Assembly: GCA_009103225.1 (NCBI GenBank) | Contig: RHPI01002090.1 | Coordinates: 122,625 to 186,624, forward strand | Length of the DNA stretch: 64,000 nt | Direction of reading: 5' to 3' | Source: Chlorokybus atmophyticus | Taxonomy: Eukaryota; Plantae; Mesostigma and Chlorokybus algae | Part shown: piece after piece, positions 1-13,261 of the stretch | Numbering within the stretch: position 1 is the stretch's first letter | Layout of the letters: every line of letters begins with the position of its first letter | Notes under the pieces: model-generated | The model's input: only the letters and a program-made list of their open reading frames with translations | Told to the model about the DNA's origin: nothing | Database searches by the model: none | Program-made: the position numbers and the translations under genes

Positions 1-134
1 GGGGACTTTGCAAACCCGCGGAAGTTCGCTGATAAGTGTGACATGGGTTGAAACAGCGAGCATAGGGTGAGCATGCTCAACCCAAAACAATGAATCCAAA
101 CAACAGGAGGAAACCAAAGCAAACACGTACGCAC

Positions 135-614
135 GAGTGGTTCCCCTGCAGCAACCTCCTCCCAGCGCCTCTTCCAGCGCAGAAACATGCTCATGCCCCT
201 CGCCTGCGGTCCAGCGGAAAAATGCTGCTGCTGCTGCTGCTGCTGTGGCAGCAACCTCCCCACTCCACCAACAGGAGCGGCTCCAGCAGATAACCTCCGG
301 TTAAACACGCCGCCTGGTCTGCTGTGCGGCTCGGGCAGCGTACTATACACATTGCGCAAGCCATATGCGTGCTGCGTCTCCTTGTCTGCGTCCGCCTTCT
401 CCCTGTCCTTCTGCTCGTTTGCTGCCAAGCTGTGCCACCCCACCGGCGGCGTCCACCAAGGTGGGGAAGTCGAGGAGTCTGTGGAGCTGAGGTGGGGCAG
501 CAGACGTAAGGACGAGGAGGACAAGGAGGAGGAGGAGCAGGAACAACCGACAACAGTGACCAGGTGTCTCCTCCTACCAGCTGTCGCAGCTGCTGCTGCA
601 GCCGCTCGCCACAT
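135..614 (-). CDS. First coding exon of an uncharacterised protein (gene continues off the left edge); N-terminus resembles a mitochondrial transit peptide
   Basis: Stop-free minus frame from ATG 614: MWRAAAAAAATAGRRRHL...SPPWWTPPVGWHSLAANEQKDREKADADKETQHAYGLRNVY...QQQQQQQH...RWKRRWEEVAAGEPL, ending at a GTGCGT donor at 134. It is missing from the ORF track because the frame runs off the window. No family recognised. Confidence 0.45.
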
Positions 615-1436
615 CACCGCTGCATTGCCCGCATGGACGGGAATGTGCGGCAGAATGTGGGCATCTCTGTTCCCTGTGCACCGTTGCCCTCGTTGTAAGA
701 ACCACGCCTGTGCGTGCACCTCGCTTGACACTGTTGATGTGCAGATTCTAAACTTCTAAACTTCAGTCTCATCGTGAATCTCACGCGAGAATCTTACGCT
801 CTGGGGCCTGAGAGTGTAGGCCTACTTAATAAAATATAGACTATATTTCTATAGTCCTGGGTAGTCGACTTTTGCTGCTATGCTATAACCTAGGTTGGCC
901 TCGTGTTAATCATTGGTTACTACCCACCAGTTATATGTTGTTAGTGTAACCCACCGCACCGTAACATGTTGTATCGCTGAGGATAGCGGACTATGGTCGT
1001 GTGGATGTGTTGTGACATCAAAAAGTTAACATGGCACCGCTTTAAAACATGGATGATGAAGCACACGTTACTCTCTCGCACATTGCCAATATACGAGCAC
1101 ACGGTCAACAAGCATGCAACAAAGCAACAACACATCATCGTATTCAGCCAGCAATCGCATCAATCAGCCAATAGCATTATGCATGCGGACTAACCACAAC
1201 CGCTGTGACAAGTATCAAACACATGTGTAAGCAAGCAAACCCAAGTCTAATTGCTTTCGTGTAATATCTACTTGCCAGGCTTCTTCATTATATAGTTGAT
1301 GTCTCACTTGCATCTGCCATGTAATCGTTGTATATAATTTGATTGTATGCATCAATTAAATAATGATAGCTACAGCCTTTGCGGAGGTGTAGGTTACACC
1401 ATGTTTCCGTATCAACTATGCAATCAACCTACACTA

Positions 1437-1482
1437 TATACCCCGTTGCTAACGGGGTATACCCCGTTGCTAACGGGGTATA
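1437..1482. repeat. Two overlapping tandem copies of a 25-nt hairpin (21-bp period)
   Basis: TATACCCCGTT-GCT-AACGGGGTATA at 1437-1461 and 1458-1482; 11-bp stem, 3-nt loop. Confidence 0.9.
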
Positions 1483-1748
1483 CATGCTGCACGTATGTTG
1501 GCGTCAAAGTTTCGACTCAAAGGTGTATGATAAATGAATTAAGCATTATTAACATGTGGGACGCGCTTGCTTCGGCCCCACCAAGCGAGGCCCACTTGCA
1601 TGTGTGCAATAGCACCTCATGAACCTGCACGAGGTTTACACATAATGCTGCATCCAAAGGTCAGTCAACTTGCAGCGCAGCTGCTTCCGACCGCATTGCC
1701 CGCCACGTCACCTCTCAACGCTGGAGCAACAGCGACAGGCCAGGTCAC

Positions 1749-3256
1749 ATGCTGCGCAGCGCTGCTTCTACGGCGGCGGCGGCAGCTGTGCGCGTTGTTG
1801 TAGGCCTACGCGTTGCTCACTCCCGCCAACACTCCTTGACAATCTCGCTCATCAGCCGCAGCATGGCGTCGACGGCGGCGCCCAGCGCGCCTAGCACCGT
1901 GACGGCGCCGAACAGCAGCCCGAAAGCGCCGTGGCGGGAGGAGTTCGACAGGGCGCAGAAGAGGAATGGGAGGAACCCGTTGGCCAAGTGGCCACAGCTG
2001 GTGAGAGAGTGTATGTGAGTAGTTCTGGTGTAGACGTAGTTGGTGTCGCGATGGGAGAGCGTGCAATTTCGTCCATGCATTCGTTTCATTGCATGCAACA
2101 GTCTGATAACTATGAGGGTCCCCGCAGCAACACCTCTGCGTGTAACGCACTGATTTCTGTTGTGCAGTGCTTACCCAAGCTTAAGAAAAGGCCAAGCTAT
2201 ACAACTGTGCATGCTGAAGCTAAATTTATCGATTTGCCTCAACGCATTAGCCTGCCTCTGGGTCCGCTTGCACAGTTGTGTCTAATCAACAGATGTCTTG
2301 TGTTTGCAGGCGACGGTGCGGCCGGACGGCAAGCCAGCGAGTAGATACATCGTGCAAAGGTGCCTGCAACTGACCAGCAGCATGCATGGCCCATGCATGC
2401 TGGGTACCGTAGGCGTTGATGGTGGTATGTGACTGTACTCGCAGAGGTTACTTCGGGGACAGCGATCGGCTCGCCTTTGTCACAGACTTGCGCACTGAGA
2501 AGGTCTGTCACTGTCACCATGCTGCTTTCAGCGTTTTCAAAGCAATTTAGCCAAGTTGAAGTATAACCATACAGTTATTTGACCGTTGTCCAAAGCGTGC
2601 AAGTGTTCATTGATTCAGCGTTATGCATCCCTGCATGCATGCGATTGTTTATATGAACTGACGCATGGTGCAACATGACCCGTGTAGATTAAAGAACTAA
2701 GGCACAACCCATGGGTCACGGTAAGAGCAGGCCACATAAGTTGTTTCGACGCAAGATGCTTTCAAGTTTTCATATTGTAACGTAGAGCAAACTTTACGCA
2801 GGCTTGCTACTACTTGCCGGACACACGGGAGCAGTTCAGGTTTGAAGGCAAGATGTCCATCATTGGTCCGGACGCCGAAGACCAGAGGTTGCGGCAGGCA
2901 AGCATCAACTCCGTCAGTTTGCCACATACAGAAAAGTGTTTGTCAACTCAACACAGAGACAAACAGCGCTCGTCTGTTGCACCACACAGGCAAGGATAGA
3001 TCTCTGGGGCAGGATGTCGGACAACACGCGCACGCAGTTTGCATGGCCGCACCCTGGCTTGGAGAGGACTCAGAATGAGCTGCATGAGGGCCCCGCACCG
3101 CCAGCGGACGAGCCGCCCACCGACGTGTTTGGCGTGCTCACGCTGGATGTGGAGAGCGTTGACTACTTGTCGCTCAGGCAAAACAGGCGACACAAGTGGC
3201 GGATGGCAGTGGAAGGAGATTCGTCCACTTGGACCAAAACGGAAGTCAACCCATGA
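1749..3256 (+). CDS. Pyridoxamine 5'-phosphate oxidase-like FMN-binding protein (Alr4036/Pyridox_oxase_2-type) with organellar transit peptide; 6 exons
   Basis: Spliced translation: MLRSAAS...APWREEFDRAQKRNGRNPLAKWPQL|ATVRPDGKPASRYIVQ|RGYFGDSDRLAFVTDLRTEK|IKELRHNPWVT|ACYYLPDTREQFRFEGKMSII...|ARIDLWGRMSDNTRTQFAWPHPG...FGVLTLDVESVDYLSLRQ...WTKTEVNP*. The QLATV, TREQFR and QFAWPHPG motifs match the family. Confidence 0.88.
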
Positions 3257-3558
3257 GGTTTGAACATTGTAGGGCTATCTGTCAGGGTACTTCCTCATTC
3301 TTTCATGTAGAGTTTGACTGTTGTGCTACTAGTGCTGGATGTCATGGATTCAATAAGCAGCAGACTAGCTTATTGTATGTGTCGGTGATCTGCAACGACT
3401 TCATAGTTGGCTTGTCTGCAAGAAGCTTCCCGCTAGGTTTTTCCACTCATCTAAGTCAGGTATTCCTTGCATATGCAGTACTCGCACCAACAGTCATTTT
3501 CTAATTTGTTCTAGCAATTCAGTTAAAACTTCAACACTCTGGTCACTTGGTTGATTCA

Positions 3559-4784
3559 TCACTTGTAAGCATGCCAGCCGCGCTCCATGATCTTGTGCGT
3601 CTGAGCTTGTCGCCGACTTTGCCAGCTGCTTAACACACCACGTAAGCACGCAACCACCATAATTTGTGTTGTAGCACAAACATGAGACTCTACAGTTTAG
3701 TACGCAGCTTGTGATGCGCAATGCAGCAGGCTCATCTGCGTTTCACCTGCTCCTTTGTCGCTGCTGTGCCAGCTGTCGCAACGCCATCGCGCGCGCATAG
3801 CGTTCCATCTCGGCATGTGCGCGCTTCGTCAGCAACCAGCGCTCAAATGCCTTGTCATTATCACTCCGCAACTGCACAAACAGATTTTTTTTGGGGCTGC
3901 CTCACTGTTTATTCCCCACATGGGAGATCCTGCTGGAGTTCCATCGCAGCTGCCAACCTTCTCCTCCTCTTCAAGCTCTTGCTGTGTCCTCCTCATCTGC
4001 TCTTCCTTGGCCCTGAGCTTCTGCGGGATTGGCACAGAGATGTGAGCCAGACACATTCACAACAATCGTGCTGATACCATCCAGCGTCACCAAGTGCATT
4101 CAACCCTACCTCCTGATAGATCTTGGCGTCTTTCTCCCTCTTCCACTGTGTGAACTGCCTTTGCGCTTCCGAATCTTCAGCACGCAACTGCACAAACAGG
4201 GATGGATCTTTGCCCTGCTCCAGCAACAGCAACAACAATTGTATACCAGTTTGGTAAGCGAGCGGGAAATGCTGAGGTTGGACATGCTGGCAGAGTAACC
4301 AATGCCTGCAACTGCGGAGAACTTGGTTTACTGATCAGCACAGAATGGGTCCCCACTTCTGCTCCACTTACTAAGAAGCGCTCGAATACGAATCAAGGGT
4401 TTTATATGCGACGTCAAAATGTTTTGACCGTCAATGGTCAGGTTTTTCCCAGAGTCATACCGTAGCGTGTGGTGCTGGTGGCCGCATACCCCATTGGCCG
4501 CTTTCTCCGCGTGCTCACACGCCACCCTCCAAAACTCTCTTGCCCTTGGCTCTGTATGCCATGACACATAGAGACAGCATGAGTGCACAAGTGAGCGGGT
4601 CATGAAAAAGCAGGTTGCGCTCGAGTGCTTGTGCCTACACATGCACGTGACCTTGACCATCTGCGTATCGCTATGCACGTGCATACACATTAGAACAAAC
4701 CGCACAACCCCACCTTACCTGCTAGGTGCACGCACTCGAACACAGCGGCTAACTGACCTCACTGCTGCTGCTGACGCTCGTCAT
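3559..4784 (-). CDS. Uncharacterised coiled-coil protein (weak resemblance to CCDC34/CCDC181/MAP9-type repeats)
   Basis: Exons join in phase with GT-AG sites: MTSVSSSSE|SQGQESFGGW...RY|VAGIGYSASMSNLSISRSLTKL|LRAEDSEAQRQFTQWKREKDAKIYQE|KLRAKEEQMRRTQQELEEEEK|LRSDNDKAFERWLLTKR...|...MERGWHAYK*. Repeated F-x-x-W-K/L helices; family assignment is tentative. Confidence 0.5.
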
Positions 4785-7700
4785 GACAATTTGTGTACGT
4801 GTAGGGAGTGCGGCCTTTGACCTTCGACCCTCGGCCTGGTGGTACCCAAGTAGTGAGGGGTTAGCTACGAGCTTTGCGAAACCGGCAACTACATCCCTGT
4901 CCTGAGAGATGCTGCTTCTGCTGCTCTCTCAATTGCAGAAATCGCCCGCTCCTTCTCTTCCACCCCCGCCGCCTTGTCCGCCGCTGGCTCTGGTCTGGTC
5001 TGGCCCTGGGCCTGGCCTGGTCTGGTCTCAGGCTCGTCAATCGCGCTAGTCAGTCACGTGAGCGTATCGTGTGTCCATGCGTGACGGATCCTGGGATCCT
5101 GGGAAGGCGTAACGCCGTGCTGGCCTGCGCGGGCAGGTGGACGACGGCCGCGGTGGCGGCGGCGGCGGCCGTTGTGTGCTGCCCCGTCTGCAGCAGCTGA
5201 GTGTGCCGGACTGTGCTGGCGGCCCTGCCTGTATTTGCCTGGCAGTGCTGGTCTGTCTACTATTCTTGCTCACACTGTGTCCTTTGAATCACTTCGTGAT
5301 GCTGCTGCAATCACTCCGTTCCACCCCTTGCGCGCACAGACGCAGAAACTGTCAGGATGCTCTCAGGGGTCACGATGTACGTACGAACATAAACCCACGC
5401 CTACCACCCAGCATTGAGCAGATGTTTTACAACCTGTGCACAGGTTGGTACGCAGTGGTTGGTTCGGGTTGGGCTACTAGTTTACAACATTCCAGGAGGC
5501 CTCGCACTGGCAGGAAGGTGTGCCAGGTGTCCAGAACTTCCATACCAACCACAGTGGTCTGCACCAGGATTGCAAGAATGCCGTACCTGGTCGGAGCATT
5601 ATCCTCTGCCCTTTGCTACAGCGTGAGGTCATTTGCACGCTTGGAGCTTCAAGTACGACAGAGATCAGACACATGCGTGTGACTGTAAACAGCTTGTGGT
5701 GTCTCATCACAGATAACCTCGTAATGCTGACAGATGCGCAACTACTAGTGTGAACTATTAGGTGTGCCATTGTTGATGCGCATGCATTTGCGCACATAGG
5801 CACGCACAATAGTCTTACAGCTAATCCTGATGTGTCAATCTCACTTTGCTTGGTGTGCTTTCATCCAAACCATACACCTCAGTTATATTATGAAATTGTG
5901 CAGGTAATACTCTGCAGGCACTCCGTAACAGCACAAACGAGTGGCAATTGTGGTGTTGAAACTACATGAATGGTCTGCTGGTGAAACACATTCACAGGCC
6001 AAATTTGTCCCCTGGCACTGAGTTCGAGCACAATCTCAACGGTGTCTGCACGGCATTGACAATCAATGGCCATCGTCGCATGTACACTTGTTGCATGCAA
6101 TGAAATAGTAGCTATCATCACTGCTGACATACACTCTTGATTAGTGAAGAAAGTGTTCACAATTGCATGGCTACCAACACCTCAGCAGTACGACACCAAC
6201 GTCAGGGCACCCTTATGGTGACCACAGGTCAGAGCGGTTGGACGAGCCGCACCAAGCAAGGGAGTATAACAATCCCGAATAGTTGCCCCAACATGAAGGT
6301 GCCCCTCCTCGCATTTGACAAGGCCACTGCTCTTTGCTGCATGCACACTATAAGCCCTGCACATAAAAGCAGCAGAATTGAGTGCAATACTCAATTGTCA
6401 GCGTGCAACCGCCTTTTGGAACCAAAAGGCAGAGTGCATATTGTCACCATCCGACACAGCTCAGGCACTACAAACGGCGAGGCTGCTTGTAAAGTGACTT
6501 TTTAATCTGCAAAGGGTAACTAAGGAGGTGCAGGACGGTAAATTGAAGCACGCTTCCCCGCACCTCCACTCTAGTCTTTGCATGCGCACAGAGCCATGCA
6601 GTTGCGTGACGGTGCAACAAAGGTACCTGCTACTGTATTGAAGCTGTCGAGGCTTGCTTGCTAATGGGTATGCTTCCGCATCATCTCATCCTACACTTCA
6701 ATGCTTCTTCTCGGCCACTCACATAACCTGTGGCGATCAGAAAGACCCGTGAGTTCATGAGTCAATCCAGACAGGTGAGTAGAGATCGCCTGGTCCATTC
6801 TGGCAAGTGTAAAAATTGTGGCAAGCCATGGCAAAGGCTCACAACAGAGTGTGACTTGCGTGTCCAGCAAGGCAAGCAGGGACACGCTTCGGGTTGAAGC
6901 AGTGTCCAGTAGATACGAACCTTACTTGCGGTCTGCGTGCGACGTCTTCAACGGAGGTGGTGCGCCTTCAGTGGGTTTGGTGTTGGAGACCCTCCATCGC
7001 AATCAGATCATCCACCCAGAGACCCAGAGAAAATAAGGTTTCAAGCGTCAGCCATCTGTAGTAGAATACAACAAGCAAAGGGCTTCAGTTCAGCGTAGAG
7101 TGCATCCACCAGCAGACACTGCTGCTCATGAACAATCAAGGTGTGATCACCTACAAACAACAGGACTACCTCAAACGCAGCTACAGAGTACTGCAGCCAG
7201 GTGAAGTGTCAACAGCACTGTGCTCAGCTCAGCGGGTGTTTCGAGCAAGGCGTCGGCGCCAGGGAGTCGAACCCCGGTTGAGGGCCAACCCCCACCGACT
7301 CAGTTACGACGTTTTGAGCTTGACAAAATGATATAATACTCGTCATTGCCAGTGTTGTTGACATGGCCTACACACGCATGCACAGGCAAACCTGCACTTG
7401 ACCCGTCCATGTTGGCATGCAAAATCCAAATCTGACCTGAGCTGACCGGCTTGTGCCCTAGCCGGAGCTGGCTGCCTTGCTCACAGCATCTCGCTGATTG
7501 CAGCCTGCTCGCAGAATGGGGAGACGGTGCCTCAAAGCGCATGAGAGAGCAGAGGCGCAGCAGGTAGGCATGGTCCGCCCGCCGGCGGATGCTAGACCTA
7601 ACACCTGCAGCAATGCCGCCGCCATGGGTACGCTGAACGGATGAAGGCATGATGCAGCGGTTTCGGCGGTTTTCGTGGCGGCGCTTGTGCGGGTCTCTTG

Positions 7701-9257
7701 TGCCTCCCGCACAAGACAGACACAGCACAAGGTGCATAGCACAAAGTGCGCGTTTGGACATAGGCATGCCTTCATGTTGTGGTTCACAACAAAAAGTTGT
7801 GAGCAAAATACATAAGCTACGTGACATAACCTGCATTATCATTGACATACAAGCGTTGCTGTCAGTGCAACTACCATGCCCAACTGCCACTCGCGAAATT
7901 GGTCACATCAAACACAACCGTAGACGCACACGCTAAGCGAGCGGACAAAGTATATGCTTGATTTCCGGATGGTAATGAGCTGATAAAATGCAAGGTTGAG
8001 TGAGCCACTTGGCATAGTGTTCAGTTGTCCTATTGTTATACTTGAATTACTTGGTGAAATATTAACTCGTCATTTGTTATGGTTCTTACTATTATTATCA
8101 AAATGTAATATTGGTTTTTGTTTTATAATTGTGGGCACATGAGGCTTGGTATACACATTGGCACCAACCACACATATGCATAGATACAATACAACGGCAC
8201 ATAGGCAAGGCAAGGCAGCTGGCATCACACGGGCAACAATAACATACACAGCCACAGCAAACCAATTATCGACTAGGTGGGTAGGGGGCCCTCTACACTA
8301 ACCATGTTGTGTAGCTAGATCAAAGGTGGGGGGGAGGGAGCAGCACAGCAGAAGCATGGGCCGAAGAGCACCTGTCAGCATCGCGCACGAGCGTCAGCAA
8401 CGTTCTCGACGCGCAGCAGCAAGCATGACTCAACAACGGCTATGACCTCGTGGGCTGTGCATACTGCTTACATCATCAACAAGTAAACTATAAAGCTGCC
8501 ATGGCGGACTATCTGATACATGATGATAGGGATGGTTGGTGTGATGATGTCCTGTAGTTGTCAAGTGTAATTTGCTTGTGCTTGTGCTTGTGCTTGTAAT
8601 TGTAATTCAATGGCTTGAGAGTGTGGGTGCTTATGACTAGGGGGCCCCTCATTTGCCATATGCACACATGTATAGCGAAATCAGCGTGAGAGCCTGATAT
8701 GTTGGGCGAAACGCGCAAACTACCAGCAGCAACATACATTCATGGACACTTCATAGTCAAAATTAGGAAGAGAAAGCACCCTCTTTATATCAAAGTGCAA
8801 AGCGTTCCTACACCTGTGCATGAGCATGTAGTGTGCTATGTTGACTTGCATTCCAGCCCCGCTATTGCAACCTATGCATAGGCTGACCAAAGTAGTAAAC
8901 ACAATCGCACACAGAAACACAGTCACAAACCAACAGGCAGCATACATATGCCCAAAAGCGTGTGCATGCTTACATGCTTCCAGGTCCATGACCATTACTA
9001 TATAAGTAAATGTAAGAATTATTGAGTTTAGGTACACCACCAGACACTACATTTCAGGTTTGGCGTGATAACGGCAACGCCACCTACACCACCAAGCCAT
9101 GACAATGCGGCTGCCCATGCGGTGAATAACACTGCAACCCAGATAGCCTCCAACCACAAATGCCAACCCAACGCAACACACAAACAGCACCCCACAAACT
9201 CTCTACACACTCCAACTCACACTAGCAACAACTACAACTGCCACAACGCACCAACAG

Positions 9258-10651
9258 CTATTTTCCAAACAGGCCCCGCAGCCACCACCAGCCCTTGTCG
9301 CCGCCGGCAGCGTCCTTGGCGGAGTCGTTATCCTTCACGTCCGACCGGTGCTCCGTCTTCTTCAGCTTGGACACGTCGTAGCCTTGCTCCTTGGCCTGCT
9401 CCAGCAATTTCGCGTACACGGTGTCGTCCATGAACGGCGATCGCGACAAAACCCACATGTACCTGCTTGGCGCGAGCAGCGAGAAGGTTACAGCGACCAT
9501 GCCAACAACAGTCGTGTACTTATCGCATGAATTGTTGTCAACACAGTTGTGCATGTACGCATAGGTATGCGCGCATGCGTGCATGTGCCACTGGTTACTT
9601 GAGGTTGGGCTCTCCAACAACGGCATACTCGTATTCTTGCCCCAAAGCCATCACCCAATAGTTTCCGCGTGCAGGGTAGACTGGAAGGAAAGGAGGGACC
9701 CAAAACTGCACCTGCAAGCGCCAAATCAACATGTCAAAACAGCATAAGTGATACGTATGAATGCCCAACAAGTTGATACACGATGCAGGGGATGCCTACA
9801 CCAAAAGCATACGCACCTTGAACTTGGCGTCAGGGCTGGCGGGGTCCACTTTCCATGCCTTGCCCTCTATCCCACTCCACTTGCCGTGCGAGTAAGTCTC
9901 GTTCTTCACCCCTACCTGCCACACACCATGCATACCTCCTGGTTGACCTCCAACCTCATTTCAATTGCACGCGACTACAAAGCAGCAGATGTCACGAGGA
10001 CAAACTACTCACTCACTTGTTGAGCACATTCAAGCATTGTCGGTGAGTGAGGAGCGAGTGGCTTACCACGCTGGAGGGTAGGAGGGTGTATGTAGCGCGG
10101 GTGTTGGTGGAGTCGCTGGGCTGAAACCTTGACGGCATGCATGCAATCTCATACCTGCCACAAGCATGATTTGCTACTGACAGTACTGACGCCGTTGACA
10201 ACCCCACACAACATATCCGTCAAAGTCTCAGTTGCCACAAGCGAGTGCATGAGCCTTGCTAGTCCACGAAAGCGTGCTACTTGGTTACATTCTTCCCTAG
10301 TGCTTTTGTGTTAATTGGTTGGGCTATAAGTGCACGACCTTACAAAGGTGCAAGGCTTTCTGGTTTTGTGAACTTGGTGGATGTTGGTGCAGATTATGAG
10401 CAGCAGCCACTCTGTGGCCGTTGTGGCATGACTGTGCATGTGTTCACAGCAAAGCAAAGCCGCGTCGAGTGGAAGTAGTAGTGCCAAATATATCTATCAA
10501 ACGCATGCACGACATTGGCACCACCACCACCACGACACGACAATGAATGTGACACATACTTGCGACATTAAGGCTGCATGCCAGCTCACCATCTGCCCAT
10601 GTAACGCTTGAGGTCCAGGTTTTGCACGGTCTTCAGCTCAGCGGCGGCCAT
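9258..10651 (-). CDS. TIL: Temperature-induced lipocalin
   Basis: MAAAELKTVQNLDLKRYMGRW|YEIACMPSRFQPSDSTNTRATYTL...IEGKAWKVDPASPDAKFK|VQFWVPPFLPV...YWVMALGQEYEYAVVGEPNLK|YMWVLSR...EQGYDVSKLKKT...GWWWLRGLFGK*. Lipocalin SCR motifs and the plant TIL-type WW..LFGK C-terminus are present. Confidence 0.95.
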
Positions 10652-13261
10652 GGCGGCGCAATGCTTTAGTTATCTTAACTATGTGAAGAATACCGCCAGC
10701 TTCGCCAGCGCCACCGCCGCCGCAGACAACAGCAATGTTGTCCGCCACGTGTAAAGTGTCGTGCGATCTGTACCTGCAATGCCGTGAAGCCACGGCGACA
10801 ACGTCGGCGGATGGGAATAATAGATACCTGTGTGTCAACCGCCGACTGTGCAACGCACCTCTTCTGCAGTGTCACGCACAGAAGCGCTCATGATGCAAGT
10901 CACGTAAAGGATGTAGAATAGGGGCAAAGCAAAATGCAGCATGCAAACAGACTCGAGCCATGGCCATTGTAAAAGCATAGACTTGAACTGAACTGTACTC
11001 CACACAATTCAACGAACAGCGCTGAGCTAATGGGCTTGCTTTCTCATGCAATGCAATAGCAGTTGGAAGGAGCAGAGGATTGCTGACTGCACGGCGCCTC
11101 CCATCAACACCTTAGGCGTAGCAAAGAGTGTCTTTGCTAAAGACAACACAAGCATGTATGGTTGTGATCATTACTCATATTTATAAGTCACAGTATTGTG
11201 AGTTAATACATGGGCTCGTTGAGCAATGCATATAACAGTAAAGCAAGTGTTCGTGTTGGGCGTATGATATACATTTCCTTCGCAACTCTTATAATGCTTT
11301 CCCCACAGACGGCTTGGCATGCGTGTCATTATCATGGAGTCGAGCGAGCAAGAAAGCAATCATCGTGCTACTAGTTCACATCATATTGTTGTATCACACT
11401 ATGTGGCAGCCACAGTGTCCGGTTGCCCATGGCTGCTGGCTCGCTGTGGTACTCTTTGCGTATGTGAGCCCCTAAACTACTTCAACTTGGATTTGCTGTT
11501 CGATGCGGCTGAGGGGCCCAGCGCATCATACTTGCTCTCTTTACCATTGTTGCTTGCTTGCATACTGCCTTGTTTTCACAATAACCTGTCCACTGTGCAC
11601 TGCAGCTGCCTAGCAATACGACCAAGTGTTGTCATGCCATATTCCGTTGCTTGAGGTTGTCATCCACGAGCGCGTTATGGCCTCGTAATGCTGCACCTTC
11701 TCCACCTTCACACGTTGTAGCTTCCTCCATGCATCCATGCTAGCTCGGGATCCTTGCGAAGCTGCCCCACGAGTGTACATACTCACACGCATAATGTGAC
11801 ACTCACAGAAAGTTGAGCATAAGTAACAAGCGCGTGTCTTAGCCAACCTAGACTCAAGCACGGGCTGTTACACTTGCAATTGTCATGTAATGCACGGGGA
11901 GACGAGGCTAAGTCCGTTCACAAGGTGTGGCAGACGCTCACTTCACACAAGCATATCCAAGCATGTGCGCACTCAAGGCAAGCATGCAGCAAGGCGACAA
12001 TCAATCAAGTCGTGAAGCCTTTCCAAGTAGCTGTACACTCCCAATACGAGGGACTTGCGCTGAGCTAGCTGCAACACAAGTCAAGGACACCGACATACCC
12101 TCCTACCATATATCTACAACCGTGTTAACCACTTTAGCTGCCCCAGCTACCATACAACTCCCAGATCAGTCAACCATCGATTTTCAGTCACATGTGAACA
12201 TAGTAGCACGATACGGCATCAGAGGAATTCTGATACCGTATTATATGCGTACCAACAAGCGGTATTTAAGACGCGTATTTAGCGTATTTGTTGGGGTGTT
12301 TTGCCTTAGAAAAATTTGTGCAAAATCCGCGCGTTTGCTGAGCTCTGTTCTGGTGCCACTCTGATCTAGCGGCGGCGGCGGCGGCGGCAAGGGGAGGGTA
12401 GGCGTCGCGGTTACAGGAGCGACACACCAGCACGCGCCAGGTGACCTTAAGCTATGATCTAGCATACTTCCTATGCTCTCTCACACAAGTCTCTCTCAAC
12501 CGGTGCGCTGGTTGTTAGCTGCTTGTCTCTTGGCTAAGGCCATGCTCCTGCAGGGCATGGCCTCGGCCTAAAGACAAGCCGATGAATGGCGTCACGTCAA
12601 AGAGCTTGACGAGTCAAGCAAGATAACAAATCAGTCCAAAGTTGCATTTACTGCAAGAAGAGGTTCCAAGGGGGTGTTACTAGAATTCGTGCACACCTGA
12701 TTGGCAAGACGGGTGTTGGAGTATTTGCTTGCACGACTGCACCAGAAGCTGTTCGTGCTCATTTCCAAAAGTTGAAGAAGCGTCTGTTGCTGTGCTGCAA
12801 GCAACACAGAAGAAGCGCACTATCTCTGATGTGTTCAACCAGAAGAGTGCCACTGTCGACTTGACAACTGACAGCACCAGAGTAGCACCCATTGGGCAGG
12901 CATTCGGCCATGCAAGTAAAGCACGCACTGATGAGGCAGTTGCTCGCATGATTTACGGTTGTGGTTTGCCTTTCACTCTTGTGCGCAGCCGTTTGTTCAA
13001 GACTGCCATGCAAGCTGTCACTAGATTTGGACGTTCATACACTGTACCAGCATACAATGCATTGCGTTCAGGCTTGCTTGCGAGGGTCAAGACTGATGTT
13101 GATGGAAAGTTGGCAGAGTTTGAGGACAATGTGCGCAAGACTGGTTGTACAATAACTAGTGTTGGCTGAACTGATGTCAATAGTAGGCCATTGCTGAATC
13201 TATTGCAAGTGTCGCCTAATGGAGCAGTGTTTTTGGACGCAATCAACACCGAAGGTGCAAC

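Noticed and set aside
4985-5035. (CTGGT/CTGGC)n pentamer tracts here, at ~14100 and at ~47025-47200, suggesting a shared repeat family
   Set aside because: Similarity is limited to the low-complexity pentamer; flanks do not align.
4874-7331. Coding-like patches on the plus strand (TM-like CICLAVLVCLLFLLTL at ~5230-5280; ORFs 5520-5753, 6818-7036, 7128-7331)
   Set aside because: No consistent start, splice path or recognisable domain, and in-frame stops occur. May be a real or decayed gene but cannot be supported.
11480-12070. Possible small minus-strand exons next to the hAT left end
   Set aside because: Frames could not be joined unambiguously; no motif.
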